NCBI GenBank assembly: GCA_031551405.1
Contig: JAVBNQ010000009.1
Location: 1-51,566 of the forward strand
Direction: 5' to 3'
Source: a bacterium
GTDB taxonomy: Bacteria; RUG730
DNA: 51,566 nucleotides
Of this stretch, positions 48,381 to 51,566 are shown piece by piece (within the stretch, counting starts at the first letter, position 1; every line of letters starts with the position of its first letter). Both the position numbers and the translations under genes were made by a program. The notes under the pieces were generated by a model. The model saw nothing but the letters and a program-made list of their open reading frames with translations. It ran no database searches and was not told the origin of the DNA.

Positions 48381-51056
48381 ATGGAAATTTCATCGAAATA
48401 TCAGCCAGAAATTGTTGAGCAAAAATGGTACGATTTTTGGCTTGAAAACAAAATAAATCACGCAGATCCAACCTCGCAAAAATCCTTCACAATCGTCATT
48501 CCTCCGCCGAATATCACAGGTGCTCTTCATATGGGTCATGCTTTGAACAATACTTTGCAGGACGTTTTTATCAGGCTAGCGAAAAAACGTGGCTACAACG
48601 CTTGCTGGATCCCAGGGACGGACCACGGCGGAATCGCGACTCAGAACGTCATCGAAAAACAGCTAAAAGCACAAAAAATCAATAAAGAAGACATTGGACG
48701 CGATAAATTTTTGGAAATTATGTGGGACTGGCGGCGCAAAACCGGAGATACGATTCTGACGCAACTCAGGAAATTAGGCTGCCTCTGCGACTGGGACAAA
48801 ACGCGGTTCACGATGGACAAAACTTGCGCAAAAGCAGTTTTCGAAGCTTTTAAACGTTTTTTTGATGAAGGTTTGATTTATCGAGGGAACTATATTGTGA
48901 ATTGGTGCCCGAGGTGTCATACAGCTTTATCAGATATTGAGGTGGAGCACGAAGACAGGAACGGTGAATTGTACTACCTGAAATATCCGATTTCGGGTGA
49001 GAATGAAAAATTCGTGATCGTCGCTACGACTCGACCGGAAACAATGCTTGGCGATACAGCTGTTGCAGTAAATCCTGACGACGAGAGATTCAAAAATTTG
49101 ATAGGCGAAACTGTTCTCTTGCCTCTCGCAAACCGAGAAATAAAAATAATTGCCGACCAAATGGTTGATAAAGAATTTGGAACCGGCGCAGTAAAAATAA
49201 CGCCGAGTCACGACCCGAATGATTATGAAACCGGAATAAAGCATAAATTGCAGTTCATTTCAGTCATTGACAAAAACGGCAAAATGAACAAAAACGCCGG
49301 AATTTACGACGGACTTGACAGGTACGAAGCGCGAAAACGGATTTTACAAGATTTAGAGGCGCAAGGTTTCGTCGAGAAAATAGAAAAATATTCAAATAAA
49401 GTGAGCGTTTGTTACAGATGCGAAACTGTCATTGAGCCATTGGTTTCATTGCAGTGGTACCTAGATGTGAAAGATTTAGCGCGAGAAGCAATCAACGTAG
49501 TTCAAAATAAAAGCGTTAAATTTTTGCCGGAGACTTGGGAAAAGCCTTACCTTAATTGGATGGAAAATTTGCGAGATTGGTGCATTTCCAGGCAAATATG
49601 GTGGGGACATCGGATTCCGATTTGGTATTGCGATTCTTGTTATGTCGAAGGAGAAAAAGAAGGCCTAATCGTTTCAGATAAAAAACCCGACGTTTGCCCG
49701 AATTGCGGAAATAAAACGAATTTCACTCAAGACACTGACGTTCTTGACACTTGGTTTTCGTCAGCGCTTTGGCCGTTTTCGACAATGGGGTGGCCGGAAA
49801 AAAACGCAAACTTGGATTATTTCTACCCGACAAAAATTTTAGCGACCGGACACGAGATTTTATATCTCTGGGTGGCTCGGATGATTATGATGGGCGTGAA
49901 ATTTATGGACGAAATCCCGTTTGAAACAGTTTATATCCACGGAATTGTAAGAGATTCGCACGGACAAAAAATGAGCAAATCAAAAGGAAATGTGATTGAT
50001 CCGCTCGAAATTATTGAAAAATTTGGGACGGACGCGCTTAGATTTTCGCTTATTTACAATGGAATTATGGGACGAGATTTGCAGATTTCCGAGGAAAATT
50101 TTACGATGTCTCGAAATTTTTGCAACAAACTTTGGAATGCTTCGAGGCTTGTTTTGATGAATCTCTCGGAATTGCAAAAAACGAATAAATTCACTATTGA
50201 AAATCTAGACTTAAAAAATTTGGATTCTCCGGAAAAATGGATTTTGAGTAATCTCGAGAAAACAAAATTTGAGGTGGCAAAATTTTACGAAAAATCAGAT
50301 TTTGCAATGGTCGCGAAAATTATGTACGAATTCGTCTGGAACAAATATTGCGACTGGTATCTTGAGCTTTCAAAAACAAAACTTTACAGTGAAAATTTAG
50401 ATGATAAAAAGAACGTTCTTGCTGTTCTAGTTTTTGTTTTGCGAGAGATTTTAAATTTATTGAATCCAATCATTCCGTTCATCACCGAAGAAATTAACGA
50501 AAATTTGAGCTCCGTTTTGCTGGAAAAAAATAAAAATCTGGCAACTGCGAATTTTTCAAATTTTGATGAAAAATTTATCGACGAAAAAGCTGAATCCGAA
50601 ATCCAAAATATTATCGAGATTATCACAGCTGTTCGAAATATAAAAGCTGAAATGAATTTACAAAACGCGAAAAATCTCGAGGTTTTCATTAATTACAAAA
50701 ACGACGAAAACGTACTTTCGGAAGAAAAAATTCAGCGCATAAAAAAATTGACAAAATGCGAGGCTGTCAGTCAAGCGAAAAATCTAGAAAAACCAAAAAA
50801 ATGCGCGTTTGGAGTTACAAATATTTACGAGATTTATGTTCCGCTCGAGGGATTGGTTGATTTTGCAAAGGAAAAAGAACGGCTGGAAAAAGAATTGCAG
50901 AATTTGGCGAGTGATTTCGAGAAATGCAATAAAAAGCTTGAAAATCAAAATTTCGTAGAAAAAGCGCCAAAAGAAGAAGTCGATAGAATTCGCGAAAAAC
51001 AAAGATTGATCTCTGACAAAATCGAAAAAATTAAGCAGAACGCAGTTTTTAATTAG
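48381..51056 (+). CDS. valS: Valyl-tRNA synthetase
   Basis: PPPNITGALHMGH, TTRPETMLGD, DWCISRQIWWGH, DTWFSS, KMSKS, C-terminal coiled coil; ATG at 48381 after GAGG. Confidence 0.98.
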   Translation: MEISSKYQPEIVEQKWYDFWLENKINHADPTSQKSFTIVIPPPNITGALHMGHALNNTLQDVFIRLAKKRGYNACWIPGTDHGGIATQNVIEKQLKAQKINKEDIGRDKFLEIMWDWRRKTGDTILTQLRKLGCLCDWDKTRFTMDKTCAKAVFEAFKRFFDEGLIYRGNYIVNWCPRCHTALSDIEVEHEDRNGELYYLKYPISGENEKFVIVATTRPETMLGDTAVAVNPDDERFKNLIGETVLLPLANREIKIIADQMVDKEFGTGAVKITPSHDPNDYETGIKHKLQFISVIDKNGKMNKNAGIYDGLDRYEARKRILQDLEAQGFVEKIEKYSNKVSVCYRCETVIEPLVSLQWYLDVKDLAREAINVVQNKSVKFLPETWEKPYLNWMENLRDWCISRQIWWGHRIPIWYCDSCYVEGEKEGLIVSDKKPDVCPNCGNKTNFTQDTDVLDTWFSSALWPFSTMGWPEKNANLDYFYPTKILATGHEILYLWVARMIMMGVKFMDEIPFETVYIHGIVRDSHGQKMSKSKGNVIDPLEIIEKFGTDALRFSLIYNGIMGRDLQISEENFTMSRNFCNKLWNASRLVLMNLSELQKTNKFTIENLDLKNLDSPEKWILSNLEKTKFEVAKFYEKSDFAMVAKIMYEFVWNKYCDWYLELSKTKLYSENLDDKKNVLAVLVFVLREILNLLNPIIPFITEEINENLSSVLLEKNKNLATANFSNFDEKFIDEKAESEIQNIIEIITAVRNIKAEMNLQNAKNLEVFINYKNDENVLSEEKIQRIKKLTKCEAVSQAKNLEKPKKCAFGVTNIYEIYVPLEGLVDFAKEKERLEKELQNLASDFEKCNKKLENQNFVEKAPKEEVDRIREKQRLISDKIEKIKQNAVFN

Positions 51057-51427
51057 GCAAAACGAGAAACGTATCAACTTTTCTCCGTCTTTTCTAACTT
51101 CTCGTGCAGCAATGGCTAAGACAATATTTCCTAGCGCAAACTCTTCAGTCCTCACCTGTCTACAACACTATCACCTCATTACGCAGTTCAATCACTAAAA
51201 TCCACGTCCTAATTACGCATATCTTAAAACACATCATAAATTACTTTGAAACAGTAAATCAACTACTAAATTCTAAACTAGTTAACAAAAAATTCGCAAG
51301 AAATTCGTTTTACATCGAAAAACAAATGAATTACAATCGGCGTTAAATTTTTTAAATCAGAGGAGAAAGCCAAGGAATAAATTTCAAATTTCACAAAATT
51401 TAAAATTTATTTTCAAAAGAGTAAAAA

Positions 51428-51566
51428 ATGGAAAATTTAAACAAAAACAAAGCAAATTTTTTTAATTCAAAGATCAGGAAGATCGTAGCGAGTTTAGTGG
51501 TAAGCATTTATTTAGCGGGGCAAATCGGCGTGGATTTACGAGCAGTCGAGCTAACAAATCCAAACA
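51428..51566 (+). CDS. 5' end of a probable exported protein (partial, runs off the window)
   Basis: Hand translation MENLNKNKANFFNSKIRKIVASLVVSIYLAGQIGVDLRAVELTNPN: basic n-region, hydrophobic h-region, possible LRA cleavage site; too short for the ORF track. Confidence 0.6.
   Translation, partial: MENLNKNKANFFNSKIRKIVASLVVSIYLAGQIGVDLRAVELTNPN

Noticed and set aside
51104-51346. 80-aa plus-strand ORF after valS
   Set aside because: GTG start with no SD, atypical composition and no motif; probably an artefact of the skewed intergenic sequence
1-51566. CRISPR array, prophage, integrase/transposase, defence genes, alternative genetic code
   Set aside because: No regularly spaced repeats or recognisable such genes; conserved genes are full length under code 11 and use TAA, TAG and TGA as stops

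Overview
AT-rich bacterial chromosomal segment (standard code 11) made mostly of housekeeping genes in four alternating blocks: minus 431-17572, plus 17656-22234, minus 22236-32914, plus 33200-end. It contains about 40 CDSs (cmoB, pyrD/K/F, hisD, dapA, ribBA/E/D, queA/C, hldD, rsmD, panB, xseAB, proB, batD/E-like, a DEAD-box helicase, gatB, coaD, purC, rpsA, infB, valS and others) and three tRNAs (Ser-TGA, Ala-GGC, Gln-CTG). LPS-heptose genes indicate a diderm. The gene mix and the secreted proteins with YPNPF tails suggest an Elusimicrobiota-like lineage, which is inference only. I found no transposase, integrase, CRISPR array or rRNA. The main unexplained signal is a three-copy family of ~350-440 bp modular intergenic elements (near 6.3, 24.7 and 30.5 kb). 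They share a conserved terminus, a putative H-type pseudoknot and, in two copies, a long conserved hairpin. One copy has a terminal inverted repeat and a possible target duplication. Other oddities: a PycB carboxyltransferase fused to a complete AccB but lacking the catalytic Thr; two apparent pseudoenzymes; a deaminase-only RibD; two secreted multidomain proteins with T9SS-like C-terminal tails (one is a 1.5 kaa GH81 beta-1,3-glucanase); heavily fragmented operons; and truncated ORFs with distinct codon bias at both window ends.
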